DNA of 64,000 nt from Savitreella phatthalungensis. Lineage: Eukaryota. Below are positions 11,678-22,480 of the stretch, in pieces. The stretch's first letter is position 1. The number at the start of each line of letters is the position of its first letter. The position numbers were made by a program, and so were the translations under genes. Where the stretch lies: assembly GCA_051599415.1 (NCBI GenBank), contig AP039702.1, positions 186,001 to 250,000 on the forward strand, in the 5' to 3' direction. The notes below the pieces were generated by a model that had not been told where the DNA came from, searched no databases, and saw only the letters and a list, made by a program, of their open reading frames with translations.

Positions 11678-12881
11678 GCAATGAGTCTATGTCCGTAGAC
11701 GAGAGATTTCCCTCTGACTGTCGCGCTATTGGAAGAGGACTCGGGTGTGCCAGGATACTGGAGCAAACGCTCGAAAGGATAGAAAATGTCGCGCGTCTAG
11801 GTTTCTCGAGTCGATTATCGGGAGATGGCGCACTCTGAAGTCAGAAGAAGATAGCCCAGAGAGAGACTGTGCCAAGAAGCTGAACAGCTAGGACCTACAA
11901 CAATAGGACACTGACGTGTACCGATGGAAATACAAGTCTGCCTGACTGGTGCTTATCGACCTGGCTTGCTCGACTCAGACTAGGACAAGAGCGCTGAGAA
12001 GAGTCGATATGCCAGCAGGAATACCCCTCTACTGTTACACCTGCTGATCTGATCGATTAGTTTGACGGCTTTGAAGATTAGATAGCGCGTATAGAAGTTT
12101 GTGTAGGGTTGAGTGTACGAGAGTTAAGGCAATGACGCAGAGGCTGTCATTCACGCGCAGTCTTCCATACGTGCCCGTAACGTACAATTAGAATGGCGTA
12201 CGTAGAATACATACATGCAGTGCAGTGCATAGATAGCTCTACCTAGACAAAGTGAGTGACTACAGTAGAGTGAATTAATTCAATCCAATTCAATTCAATC
12301 GATTAATTACATATAGCGCTGACTTTTGATAGTCAAATAAATCGATCGATCAGGAGTGAGTGTCATTAGTTCCTCCGGAGCCGTGTATTAGCTGAGTATG
12401 TGCATAGAAAAGGATGAATGAATCGAATTTTTTGTTTCGAGTTGAGAATTTCAAGCTGGGAAGGGCAAAGTATTCGAAATGTTCGGCATTTTCGTCATCG
12501 ATCAGATTTCAGCCACAAGAATTCTATTCGACTTCCATTTGTCAGAAATTATAGCCATGATGAACAGGCATGTAGACAATCTTCAGATATTTTTAGAGAC
12601 ATTTCGAGACATTTTGAGTGTCCATTGTACTAAAGCCACAAAGTGAATTATCAATCGATCCTAGCTGTACTCGAATTCGTAGGACGAGACTTTCACGTGA
12701 TTTGAAATCGTGCAAAGCACCGGTGGCAACAGTTCTCTCGCGCAGTCTATATATAGATAGCTATGTATGTGTTGCATAAGTAAGTAGAACACTGCGCATG
12801 CCACCACACAGTCTATTTCCCTGGAGACATCAACCAGCTCAAAAGCAATCGTGCCATCTTTTTAGTAGAAAATCTCTCTTC

Positions 12882-14025
12882 CTATGAACCACGCCGCCGA
12901 CGCTGAGGTGTAGCTTGAATCATAAACGTTGCTTGGGTTGGAAACCTCTCATGCTGTTGTAGTTGTTGTTGCTGATGCTGGAGCTGCTGCTGGTGAATTT
13001 GCTCATGCCGTGCTCTTGAATGCTGCCTGACAAGTCCAAACGCTGCGTTACTGATACCGAGCGAGCCAAAGAGGAGCAAGGCGCAGAATGCCATGGTCTT
13101 GTATGAGATTGGCTCAATAAATGAGTTGACAATCTCAGCAAACGTCTCTGCAGACACTCGAGCTCGACCGATTGTGCCTGGGTCGCGCTCCATGCACCGT
13201 TCCCACGCCTGACAAGCGAGCTGCATCGCCGGAACACGCTGATCCGGTGAGCATCTGTTCTCCAGGTACTCCTTTGAGCACTGTGAAATCTCTGCCAAAA
13301 TCTCAGCGCTGTACTCCTCCACCTTCTTGTTCACATCCGCCTGAATCGTCTGAATAAACACCACCACAAAGTACAGCACCACCCCTAGCACAAAGAGATT
13401 GAACCCAAGCTGCAGATACCCAGAAGCAATATACGGCAAATCACGATGATCCTCCATCGTCCACGATGGTGTCACTCCCGCAGAAGACGCCGACAGCGAC
13501 TTGCCCGCACGCTGATGTGACGATTCCTCATCATCCTCGCTCTCGGAATACAGCTCGTGATCACGCAGCATCTTCTGCCGCCGCCTTCTCAGCTTTAGCT
13601 TCGTCAGGTCTGCAAGCTTGTTCCGCTTCGCCTTTGGCTGTAAGGGTGCTGCTGGAGATTCCTGCTCGCTGACACCCGGTGTATCTGCAGGGTTATCTGT
13701 CTGTGGTGTGTCTTCCTGCTGGTTTGTCTGCGGCCTCCGCTGCGCTAGACTCTGTGGTGTGTTCCACGAGAACGCGTTGCCTGTGCTTCCGCCAACGCCG
13801 AAGCTGTTACCCTTGGTCGGACTGCTCGGCCAATCTCCTATTTCACATGTCAGCTTCAATCGCTCCTCCATCGATCAGATCACACTTACGCTTCAGCGGA
13901 TTACTTTCAACCTCCACACCGAGCTCCCTACCCAACCCAGCCAGCACGAACGGTGAGCCTGGAAGATTCCGAACCGGGTTGTCATACTGGAAATCCATTG
14001 GCGACTCATGTGAGCGCGACATCAT
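12882..14025 (-). CDS. BRR6: Brr6/Brl1 nuclear-envelope protein; intron 13838..13889
   Basis: Exon 1 MMSRSHESPMDFQYDN...NPLK joins via a 52-nt intron (GTAAGT..GCTGAC..TAG) in frame to RDWPSSP; LPYIASGYLQLGFN, four Cys (CSKEYLENRC..C..WERCM), AETFAEIVNSFIEPISYKT, two TM segments. Confidence 0.9.
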
Positions 14026-14360
14026 CACCACCTGGCCGTGACCCGCCCACTTTCTGGCACGACAGACTGGCCAGTTTGAGTTGATTTACGTCTGCTGTTT
14101 TTGTGCGTGCGTGTCTGTATCTCGTTGTTGCTCTGTGTACAGTACAAATCAGCCCAGTGTGTATGTGTGTGTGTGATCGAAATCAGAAAAATGCAGACTT
14201 GCATCCTCCACAATCGTCCCGGTACACGTGAGCCTCAAGTGCCCATCGTCATACACTATCAACATCTTCTTTCCCTTCATCTCATCTCACCCCACCCCAA
14301 TCACACCGTACCTAGTCCTCCACCTCATGCCGACATAGTTCTAGAGATCTCGCTAAAGCA

Positions 14361-15203
14361 ATGTCCGCGCCGGTGCTGCCACCGAAGCCGCGTGGGATGA
14401 CAAACGACCGCCCTGCACCTCCTGCATTACCCACCTCGACCGCTACTACCTCTGCGGCTTCTCTGGCCGTGGACCTTGACGACATGCGTGATCTTCCCCT
14501 GGACGCTCTCCGATCGCTGCTGTCTGACACGCGTCTGGTTGACGCAGTCTACCTGAGCCGACACTCGCTATCTCGCAAGCACGCTGCTGTGTTGGAAGGC
14601 GTCCGCCACGACATCCTCCTACTCCACCGTGACCTGCACTCGTCGACCGTGCGCACGCTCTCCGCCCTTCGCTCCCAACTACGCACTGCGTACGAGGGGC
14701 TGCGGGAGCGCGAGCGCGTCTGGGAGGATGTCGAGCGTCGGATGTACGGTGCGCTCAATACCCACACGCTCGATCTGTACCTGCCGCGGGTCAAGGCGGC
14801 TGCAGATGAAGCAGAGCGCGTGTCCGATACGCTAGCGACCACCTTTCTCGAACACACCACCCCATCTCCACAGACCACAAAGAAGTCACCACCTCATACA
14901 CCACCGGTGGACGATGATGCAGACGCGTTTAATTACTACGGGGTTGATGGCGGTGGTGGAGAGTCGTCGGAAGGCCAGGAGGGTGTGGATGAGATTGTTG
15001 CGCCGGCTAGTGGGGAGGAGAACACGGCGGGTGACGGAGAGCCTGGAGATGTGATCGAGGATAAGGACGAGCACGTGAGCAAGACCGATATCGATATAAG
15101 CGACTGGATCAGGGAGTACCGTACAGCGAGAGAGTTGTACCACAGCCGGCGAGAGCGGTTGGCCAGGTTGAGGGAAGGCCGAGTAGGTACGTTGCTTGGT
15201 TAA
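14361..15203 (+). CDS. VPS37: ESCRT-I subunit Vps37/Srn2-like (Mod(r) domain)
   Basis: Pro-rich N-terminus, coiled coil, ADEAERVSDTLATTFL and C-terminal WIREYRTARELYHSRRERL signature; acidic insertion inside the domain. Confidence 0.72.
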   Translation: MSAPVLPPKPRGMTNDRPAPPALPTSTATTSAASLAVDLDDMRDLPLDALRSLLSDTRLVDAVYLSRHSLSRKHAAVLEGVRHDILLLHRDLHSSTVRTLSALRSQLRTAYEGLRERERVWEDVERRMYGALNTHTLDLYLPRVKAAADEAERVSDTLATTFLEHTTPSPQTTKKSPPHTPPVDDDADAFNYYGVDGGGGESSEGQEGVDEIVAPASGEENTAGDGEPGDVIEDKDEHVSKTDIDISDWIREYRTARELYHSRRERLARLREGRVGTLLG

Positions 15204-15401
15204 GGATAGAACAACATGGGTGTGGTGGCAACGATGGAGAGAGGCGCAGTAATATATGTATCATATGATGTGGATGCGGGCGTATTTTGGCAGGCAGGAA
15301 TACAGAGAGGCGTGAGGATACGTATGCGCAGCTGTAAAGGGAAATGGCGCGTCTCTATGCAAGAATAGTGGAACATATAGTTTGACAGAGCACTGACTCG
15401 A

Positions 15402-16754
15402 TTAGAGCTTAGCGCTGCTCTTCTCGGAGAGGACGCGCTTGGTGCGTGCTTCGACGGCGTCTAGGAATTCGTCGGTGGTGGCGTAAGGCTGGTCCTTTGA
15501 GATGGCGATGGCGAGATCCTTGGTCATGATGCCGTCGACGTCGACGGTGTCGATGCAGGCCTGCTCGATCGACTGTGCAAACTTGACGAGGGCGGCGTTG
15601 CCGTCGAGCTTGCCACGGTGCTCGAGACCACGAGTCCAGGCGAAGATGGAAGCGATCGGGTTGGTGGAGGTGGGTCGACCCTTCTGGTGCTCACGGTAGT
15701 GGCGGGTGACGGTGCCGTGGGCAGCCTCTGACTCGATCGTCTTGCCGTCGGGGTGCATGAGCACAGAGGTCATGAGACCAAGCGAGCCGAAGCCCTGGGC
15801 GAGAATGTCAGACTGGACGTCACCGTCATAGTTCTTGCATGCCCAGACCATGCCACCGCTGCTCTTGACCACCTGAGCGACCATGTCGTCGATCAGTCTG
15901 TGCTCGTACCAGATTCCGGCCTTCTCAAAGTCAGGCTTGTACTTTGTCTCGTAGATTTCCTGGAAGATGTCCTTGAACCAGCCGTCGTACTTCTTCAGAA
16001 TCGTGTTCTTGGTTGACAGGTAGAGGGGCATCTTCTTGGCGAGAGCTGTCTGGAAGGAGGAGTGTGCGAATCCCTCGATCGAGGAGGTGATGTTGTACAT
16101 CGACATTGCCACACCTGACTCCTTGAAGGTGTAGACATCGAGAGTGGTGGCCTTGCCGCCGTCTGTCGGGGTGTAGACGAGCTCTAGCTTGCCTGGTCCC
16201 GGAACGCGCATGTCTGTGGCGCGGTACTGGTCACCAAAGGCGTGACGACCAATCACGATCGGCTCCACCCATCCTGGAATCAGCCTTGGTACCTTCTTGA
16301 GGAGGATCGGCTCTCGGAAGACTGTGCCGCCGATGATGTTACGGATGGTGCCGTTGGGCGATCGCCACATCTCCTTCAGGTTGAATTCCTTGACTCGTGC
16401 TTCGTCAGGTGTGATGGTGGCGCACTTGACTGCGACGTTGTGCTTGAGGGTGGCGTTGGCGGAATCGACGGTGACCTGGTCGTTTGTGGCATCACGGTTT
16501 TCCATCGAGAGGTCGTAGTACTCGATTGGGAGGTCGAGGTATGGGTGGATGAACTTGTCCTTGATCTTCTGCCAGATGATGCGGGTCATCTCGTCACCGT
16601 CCATCTCGACGATCGGGTTGTCGACCTTGATCTTTGTGAAGGAGGACATGGCTGCACGTGTGTGAAGGTGGAGAGCTGGGAATGTACTTGTGGTAGGTCT
16701 GAGGCTCGGTCTTGAGGCAGCGTATCTCAGGCTAGAAAGCTGAGCGGGGCGCAT
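15402..16754 (-). CDS. IDP1: NADP-dependent isocitrate dehydrogenase with N-terminal presequence and C-terminal PTS1
   Basis: [47 protein letters not shown]; ATGs at 16754 and 16649; ends SSAKL*. Confidence 0.97.
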   Translation of the reverse strand: MRPAQLSSLRYAASRPSLRPTTSTFPALHLHTRAAMSSFTKIKVDNPIVEMDGDEMTRIIWQKIKDKFIHPYLDLPIEYYDLSMENRDATNDQVTVDSANATLKHNVAVKCATITPDEARVKEFNLKEMWRSPNGTIRNIIGGTVFREPILLKKVPRLIPGWVEPIVIGRHAFGDQYRATDMRVPGPGKLELVYTPTDGGKATTLDVYTFKESGVAMSMYNITSSIEGFAHSSFQTALAKKMPLYLSTKNTILKKYDGWFKDIFQEIYETKYKPDFEKAGIWYEHRLIDDMVAQVVKSSGGMVWACKNYDGDVQSDILAQGFGSLGLMTSVLMHPDGKTIESEAAHGTVTRHYREHQKGRPTSTNPIASIFAWTRGLEHRGKLDGNAALVKFAQSIEQACIDTVDVDGIMTKDLAIAISKDQPYATTDEFLDAVEARTKRVLSEKSSAKL

Positions 16755-16829
16755 GAGCGAGGGATATGAGTGGTGCAAAGAGGGGGGTTCAAATCAGACG
16801 TTGGGAGTGGTGTACCGGCGAGCGTAAGT

Positions 16830-16889
16830 GTGAGTGAGTGAGTGAGTGAGTGAGTGAGTGAGTGAGTGAGTGAGTGAGTGAGTGAGTGA
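16830..16889. repeat. (GTGA)n tetranucleotide microsatellite, about 15 units
   Basis: Perfect tandem repeat directly upstream of the IDH gene. Confidence 0.95.
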
Positions 16890-17820
16890 AGGTGTGGTAG
16901 GTAGGTATGTGTGAGTGTGTTAGTGTGGGTGTGCGTGTGGATGAGTGAGTGAATGAGTGAGTGAGTGTGGTAATGGTGGAGATAGACCTGGACTAGAATG
17001 GAAGGTATATTGGAGTGTGATAAATTTGTGGAAACTTTTTTCTCTTTTCTAGTTTAATTCTGTTTTTGGTTGCTTGCCGAGGCCTCCCGTGGATGTGGAT
17101 ATGGATGTGGATGTGGATGTGGATATGTGTGGATGGATGTGATGGATATGTACGCTAGACACCGATCAAATGAGCACTCAATCATCTCCGTACTTTGATC
17201 GAGTGGAGTGAGTCTTCTGAGTGAATGTGATGGGATTAGATAGTACTGCCAGTAGAAATCATCATCCGTAGATAATTTGAATTAAATTCAGATTTAGTAA
17301 TTGTTGTACGACACGGTTCTCGATCGATCTTAACTTGAGACTGGTTTCATCCTCGAGATCTGAATTGAATTTCCAGATAGAAGACCTACTACACATATAC
17401 GTACATGAATTAATGGCAAATTCCGAACCCAACTGCTCGACCGAGTGAAACTCCACACTGCATCGATTTCCATCGTTTATTGCAAATACCGTTGCACAAG
17501 ATTTCAATTGAATTCATTTGGTCGTTTGCATGTCTGAGCACGGGATCCTGACACCTGAGTCTGTCTGTGTATCCTAAGTGGGCGCACCTTGATTCCTTCA
17601 CGCGAATGCACACACACCCACACATCCAACGACCCAGGTCTGCTTTTCATTCATTCGACCCAGTCCTCACTTTGTCTCTCTCCAGAGGTCTGGCTCTCAA
17701 GGTGACTGACTGCCTTGATCACTTGTATCATTCCTTGAATTCATCTTGATGACAAGCACTCCTGCAGCAGGTGACTTCCATGGCAGCAGCAGCAATCCAA
17801 GGTGGTGTCAGCGTCAGCAT

Positions 17821-17949
17821 CAGCGTCAGAATCTAATTGAATACTCCCGTATCGTCCATTAACAAGCAGAAAAGAGGAAGTTATTATCCCTCCTTTCGCT
17901 CGCCTCAGTTTTAGCATGGAATAGAGATGATTGTGTTCTTCATCCGCTG
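17821..17949 (-). ncRNA. snR53: Box C/D snoRNA, snR53 homologue (guide for 18S Am796 equivalent)
   Basis: Minus strand: stem CAGCG, box C ATGAAGA (17943-17937), 13-nt element TATTCCATGCTAA complementary to 18S UUAGCAUGGAAUA, box D' CTGA (17908-17905), box D CTGA (17829-17826), closing CGCTG. The D'+5 rule selects the A of UUAG, as I recall for yeast snR53. Confidence 0.85.
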
Positions 17950-18260
17950 CTGCTGCTGCACTAAGAGGAGGGTCAGAATTCTATCTACCTGCTTCACCCC
18001 ACGATCCTTTCCCCCAAACATCAAGCGCGATGCATCAATCAGCAGATCACCCGTACAATCACCATCAGATCACGTGACACAAGCCCCAAAAGCAAGATCC
18101 ACCCCGAGCGAGTATCAGCACCGATGCGTTCTGTGAGCACCAACCCATTAGGTAGCCGTGTGGAAGACAATGCGTGCGGGCGAGCGAGCGAGCTAGCGAG
18201 AGAAATGGGGAGAGAGGTAGAAAGGTCTAGTGGAAATACCATAGAGATGACACGGATTGA

Positions 18261-18366
18261 TCAGATCTTGAGATTTGGCGTCTCGTGGGTGTAAGTACTC
18301 ACTCGCTCCTCCGGTTTGAAAAGAGCCTAGTATAGGGGCGAACACAATTTACCTCGTCATGTGTGT
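18261..18366 (-). ncRNA. Candidate box C/D snoRNA with LSU-rRNA antisense elements
   Basis: Box C ATGACGA (18360-18354), D' CGGA (18313-18310), D CTGA (18264-18261), 100 nt C-to-D; complements to conserved LSU segments GUAUAGGGGCGAA (13 nt) and UUUGAAAAGAG (11 nt). Confidence 0.6.
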
Positions 18367-18748
18367 ATCTCCCTTTATGGATCTCCATCCTCCAGACACT
18401 TCTTCCTCATTCCCTTTCTCTCACTCGTTCGCTCCCACCGGCCGTCTCTGGACCAAGAAACGTCTGGGTCTCAAAACGTTCACATCAACCGTGTCGTGTT
18501 TTTGTAAGGCACGAAAAACGAAGCAGGCAATTGATTGAGCTGCGTGTACACGTATGTATGCAGGGGAAATGCGTGAATTTCCAAGATTTCTGCTTTCACG
18601 TGGTTGATCAGTTCTCAAGCGCACAGGATGCAAGTTCATTGCTTCTCCATCCACATATCGAGCAGCTGTACACCGTTGCAATGCACATTAGATAGGATTC
18701 GTGGGCGAGCTTATAGTCTTGTCATGCTCTTCTTCACTAGGTCTTAGA

Positions 18749-21700
18749 CTACTTGCCGGAGGAGGCGTTCGGGCGCTGTGGTCCCATTCTGAACATGCTT
18801 CCACTGCGAAGACCTCCTTTCTGTCCTGCGACCATGCCTGTGGAGTACCTGATTGGATGTAGGTGTGAAGGTGATTGGTCTTCCTCGACGTAGTTGTCCT
18901 CGTACCTGATGACGAGATTCTTGATGGCTTGCTGCTCTGCACGCTCCTTTTCGCGCTCTTCCTGCTGCGACACTACCAGTCGCGAGTCCGCAGGCAGACT
19001 CACCACTCTCGCCTTGCCACGCCGCGCGAGCATCGTGAATGGCACAGCACCACCGTTCCCAAGTCCACCCACGCCAACCTCACTCGAAGTCTCCAGGTCG
19101 GGAACTCGTGCGACACCGCGACGTGGAGGCATCACGATGTCCATCGGCTTCCTGCCGCCTTCGCCGGCTTTCGCCATGCCTGACCCGCGTGCATCCAATG
19201 ACTCTGTCATGAGTTTGGCGAATTCCCGTTCCAGATCATCCTCTGCTGCCCTGTCGAGATCGTCTTGCGCCTTTTTCTTCTCAAGTAGGATGAAGCCTTC
19301 GTCCTCACCGTCGTCAGCGCGAGACTCGTTGTCGTCGTCTTCAGATGATGACTCTGATGCAGACTCGCTCTCGGATTCATCGTCGGTGCCACCTTGTGAT
19401 GACGAGTCCTCGTCGTCGGTCACTTCCTGGGCCACTTCTGCAGATTCGACCTCGTTGTGGGCGGGCATCGCTTTGAGCGCTTCCTCGAGTGATCGCGTCG
19501 CGCTCTCCGCCGACTCCTCCAGTGACACGTCCGGCTTGAACCGGCGGAGTGCACTAACGATCGCGTACTCGACGTCACGCGGAAGTTGGCGCTTCATCTG
19601 GATGTACAGCTGCAAACGCCCGACCACGACGTCGAATTGCTCCTTTCTCACCTTCGCGAGTGCGAAAGAGCAATTCTGAAGGAGTGTGATGGCAAGTCGC
19701 AGCCTGAACAGGTCTTCTGGCGCATCGTTGATATTGCCCTCGATTGTTGGTCGACCGTTGGGATGACCGTGTGTCAGGACGAGTTCCATGAGACGGAGTA
19801 CAAGTGTGGCGTCGATGAGGCCGGCGTTGTACAGCTCGGCAACATACCGGCACGTGGCTATCCGTCTCTGGTTGTCGCTGAAGGCGTTGGCCTCGAGCCC
19901 GAAATGGACGTGCTCGCACACTGCATCAATTACGCGGACGACGAAAGCACTGTGATGACGAGCCAAGCTCGCGAGCAGCTTCGCCAGCTCAGGCACCACC
20001 CCGTAATCAACCTTCCAGGGCTTTGAGAAGATCTTGAACATACAACGTTCCGTCCCCGGCTCTTTCCATGCAAACTTTCTCAATTTCACCGACACCTTGT
20101 CGACTGTTCGGCCCGTCATATCCCTCACGAGTCGCCGGGCGTACAAGTCCTCCGGAGAATGCTGCTTCTGCTGGATTTCCTGCTGCTGCGGTGGAAAGAT
20201 GTGGAGGTACGCGTTCTCGAGCAGAGCCTTTTGTGGACCGCCTCCGCCGGCCGATGCTCGGGCTTTCCGCATGATCAGCTCGAGTTGGGACTGCATCCGC
20301 GTGGATGTCGCCTCGTCCCGCGTCAATGCCCTTCCACATGACTCTAACATACCTGCAAGGACCTCTGCGTTGTTCTGGTCGAGCACGTCGCTCAGCGTCT
20401 TGAGCACGTGAAACGTGATAAGTGGCGGAACGAGCTTGAACTTGACGAGCTCAGACAAATAGCGAGCATTGAAGTTGCGCAGCGGTAGATCCTTGCTCAG
20501 ATTCTTGTGCTTCGCAAATCGGCGGAAGTCTTTGTGTAGCTGCTCGACCACGTTGGTGACTAGAGTCGGCATATGAGGGGCAAGTGTCGCAAGAAAGCGT
20601 CCGTAAAATGGCAGGCTGTAAGCGTGCGTGGGTGATAGCTCGAGCAATGTTCGCTGCAGCCTGTTGCGGGATGCCTTGCTATTCACAAAGGCAAATTCTA
20701 CAGCTGCAGAGTCGATCAGATCCTTGTTACTCAAGTCTGGCAAGCGTATGAGAAGTGCAGTCAGTCGAGCGCCATTCGAGCTGCTAGTATCGATCTCCTC
20801 GACCGCGATCGGAATCGCGATTTGCTCATCATCATCCACGTCGTCGTTGAACAGCGGCTCGGCCTCAGTCACAGTGGTATCGCTGATCGGCTCCTCTTCG
20901 ATCACTGGAGGCTTGCCGTCATTGAGAAGATCGCTCGGAACGAGATCTTTCAGACTCACAAGATGTGTGTAGAAACGGCGCTCGTCCTCGTCCTCCCAAA
21001 TACCGTCCTCGTCCAGCTCCTCCCGGGGACGCTGACCTGTGCCTACGCCGCGTATCATTGCCTCGTCAGATGAACCTGGCTGTGCTTTGTCCTCGAAGGT
21101 CAACTGCTCATGTCCCAACGCTTCGGCAAGTGTTTGTGCATAGCCGAGCTGCTTATCAAAGGTCTTGCGCATGTCTTGAAGCGCAGCTTCGCGCGTCGCA
21201 GAAACAGATCCATGAGCGATTGTGCTTTCCTCGAACCGAGCCGTCTCCCGGGCAAGCGCGCTGAACGAGCGCTCCAGGTGTCTCTTGAGCTCATCGAAGT
21301 ATGTTCTGACAAGTGTAAGTAGGAGTCGACGATCATCGAGAGATGCGAGATCAGATGCTGCTGCTTCGTCACTCTCTGGCAAAAGATAGCCGTAGTTCTT
21401 TAAAAATGCGGCGATGATGCTCACGTTCGTGAACGTCTTCGCATCCGAGACAGTAAGCTCTCTGATAACGAATAAGGGCACGCTCTCGTCAAGCTTTCGC
21501 TTTTTGACCTCTCCACCAGAGCCTTCTACGGCGTCCTGCACAGTCCGAATGACGTTGACTAGCCATAATTCGGTCACAAGCCGAAGCAGCGGTCGTTGAC
21601 GAACGACTCTGGCCTGTTCGTCGCGCTCCCTTTGCTCTTGCGGGAGTGTCTGCAAGTAAGCTTGTGGCGGGACAGCAAGGCCACGCAGCACTTGAAATGC

Positions 21701-22075
21701 GAGCGGAAAGGTGAATTTACTCCCAAAGCGCTGATGTAGTAAAGAGACAAGCTCGACGGCAGCACGAATATCCGCAGCGAGCTTGACTTTCGTCAAGCCT
21801 TCTGCTACGGCAGAGACGAGCTCCGACAGATATTTCTCAAGCGAGACTGCCTGCAGGTCCTTTTTCAAAGACTCCAGGTTTTCAGCATTCAGCGAGAGAC
21901 GTACCTTCTTGACGAAGGCTGTATTCTTCTTGAGTGAGGAGTCAAGTGAGGTATGAGCCCCTGTCCCTGCAGCAGATTCTGTTTCAGACCAAGCTTGTGT
22001 GTTGACCTTTCTTAAGGCGACCAGGACGGCGAGCTGCTGCTGGTGATGCTGCTGCTTCCGCGCAGTCTCCTCCAT
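18749..22075 (-). CDS. UPF2: Nonsense-mediated decay factor Upf2/Nmd2
   Basis: SLDSSLKKNTAFVKK, MIF4G domains, IWEDEDERRFY, NQRRIATCRYVAELYN, DAPEDLFRLRL, acidic tract and C-terminal Upf1-binding region; first ATG 22075 in GCCGCCATGG context. Confidence 0.95.
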   Translation of the reverse strand: MEETARKQQHHQQQLAVLVALRKVNTQAWSETESAAGTGAHTSLDSSLKKNTAFVKKVRLSLNAENLESLKKDLQAVSLEKYLSELVSAVAEGLTKVKLAADIRAAVELVSLLHQRFGSKFTFPLAFQVLRGLAVPPQAYLQTLPQEQRERDEQARVVRQRPLLRLVTELWLVNVIRTVQDAVEGSGGEVKKRKLDESVPLFVIRELTVSDAKTFTNVSIIAAFLKNYGYLLPESDEAAASDLASLDDRRLLLTLVRTYFDELKRHLERSFSALARETARFEESTIAHGSVSATREAALQDMRKTFDKQLGYAQTLAEALGHEQLTFEDKAQPGSSDEAMIRGVGTGQRPREELDEDGIWEDEDERRFYTHLVSLKDLVPSDLLNDGKPPVIEEEPISDTTVTEAEPLFNDDVDDDEQIAIPIAVEEIDTSSSNGARLTALLIRLPDLSNKDLIDSAAVEFAFVNSKASRNRLQRTLLELSPTHAYSLPFYGRFLATLAPHMPTLVTNVVEQLHKDFRRFAKHKNLSKDLPLRNFNARYLSELVKFKLVPPLITFHVLKTLSDVLDQNNAEVLAGMLESCGRALTRDEATSTRMQSQLELIMRKARASAGGGGPQKALLENAYLHIFPPQQQEIQQKQHSPEDLYARRLVRDMTGRTVDKVSVKLRKFAWKEPGTERCMFKIFSKPWKVDYGVVPELAKLLASLARHHSAFVVRVIDAVCEHVHFGLEANAFSDNQRRIATCRYVAELYNAGLIDATLVLRLMELVLTHGHPNGRPTIEGNINDAPEDLFRLRLAITLLQNCSFALAKVRKEQFDVVVGRLQLYIQMKRQLPRDVEYAIVSALRRFKPDVSLEESAESATRSLEEALKAMPAHNEVESAEVAQEVTDDEDSSSQGGTDDESESESASESSSEDDDNESRADDGEDEGFILLEKKKAQDDLDRAAEDDLEREFAKLMTESLDARGSGMAKAGEGGRKPMDIVMPPRRGVARVPDLETSSEVGVGGLGNGGAVPFTMLARRGKARVVSLPADSRLVVSQQEEREKERAEQQAIKNLVIRYEDNYVEEDQSPSHLHPIRYSTGMVAGQKGGLRSGSMFRMGPQRPNASSGK

Positions 22076-22480
22076 GGCGGCATCAGCAGGTATGGTAAAT
22101 ATTGATTGGCTGGACACCGAGAGAGGAGCGAGAGTAGAGGAACAGAGAAGCGGTCTGCCCTCTTGAGAACGCGTCTTCCAAAGCGCGAGGTTGACGTTGT
22201 TGAGGTAGACGTTGTTGAGGCTGAGATTACGCTGATATATGTATTGAGTACTGTCGACGTCTGAGATCAATCGATCAAAGTAGACCCGTAACCGAATTCG
22301 TGCAACTGAACATGCGCATGACCGGTTGAGCTTGAGGATGATCAATGATGGATAAAGTTTAATACAGGAAAGTTGTCATCGCTAGACACACTACCACGCA
22401 CACAACTTTAAAGTCAGCTTCTGTATGACTCATAAGTCATGGTTTTGACGGACTAGTTTACTTGCTCTAGGTAGCTGGTC

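Noticed and set aside
18225..18255. Resemblance to U3 box A or snR30 m2 motif
   Set aside because: The other required boxes and motifs are absent at the expected positions.
22076..22345. 90-codon non-ATG N-terminal extension of UPF2 in the ORF track
   Set aside because: ATG 22075 has a strong context and homology starts shortly after it; the extension falls in the shared promoter and leader.
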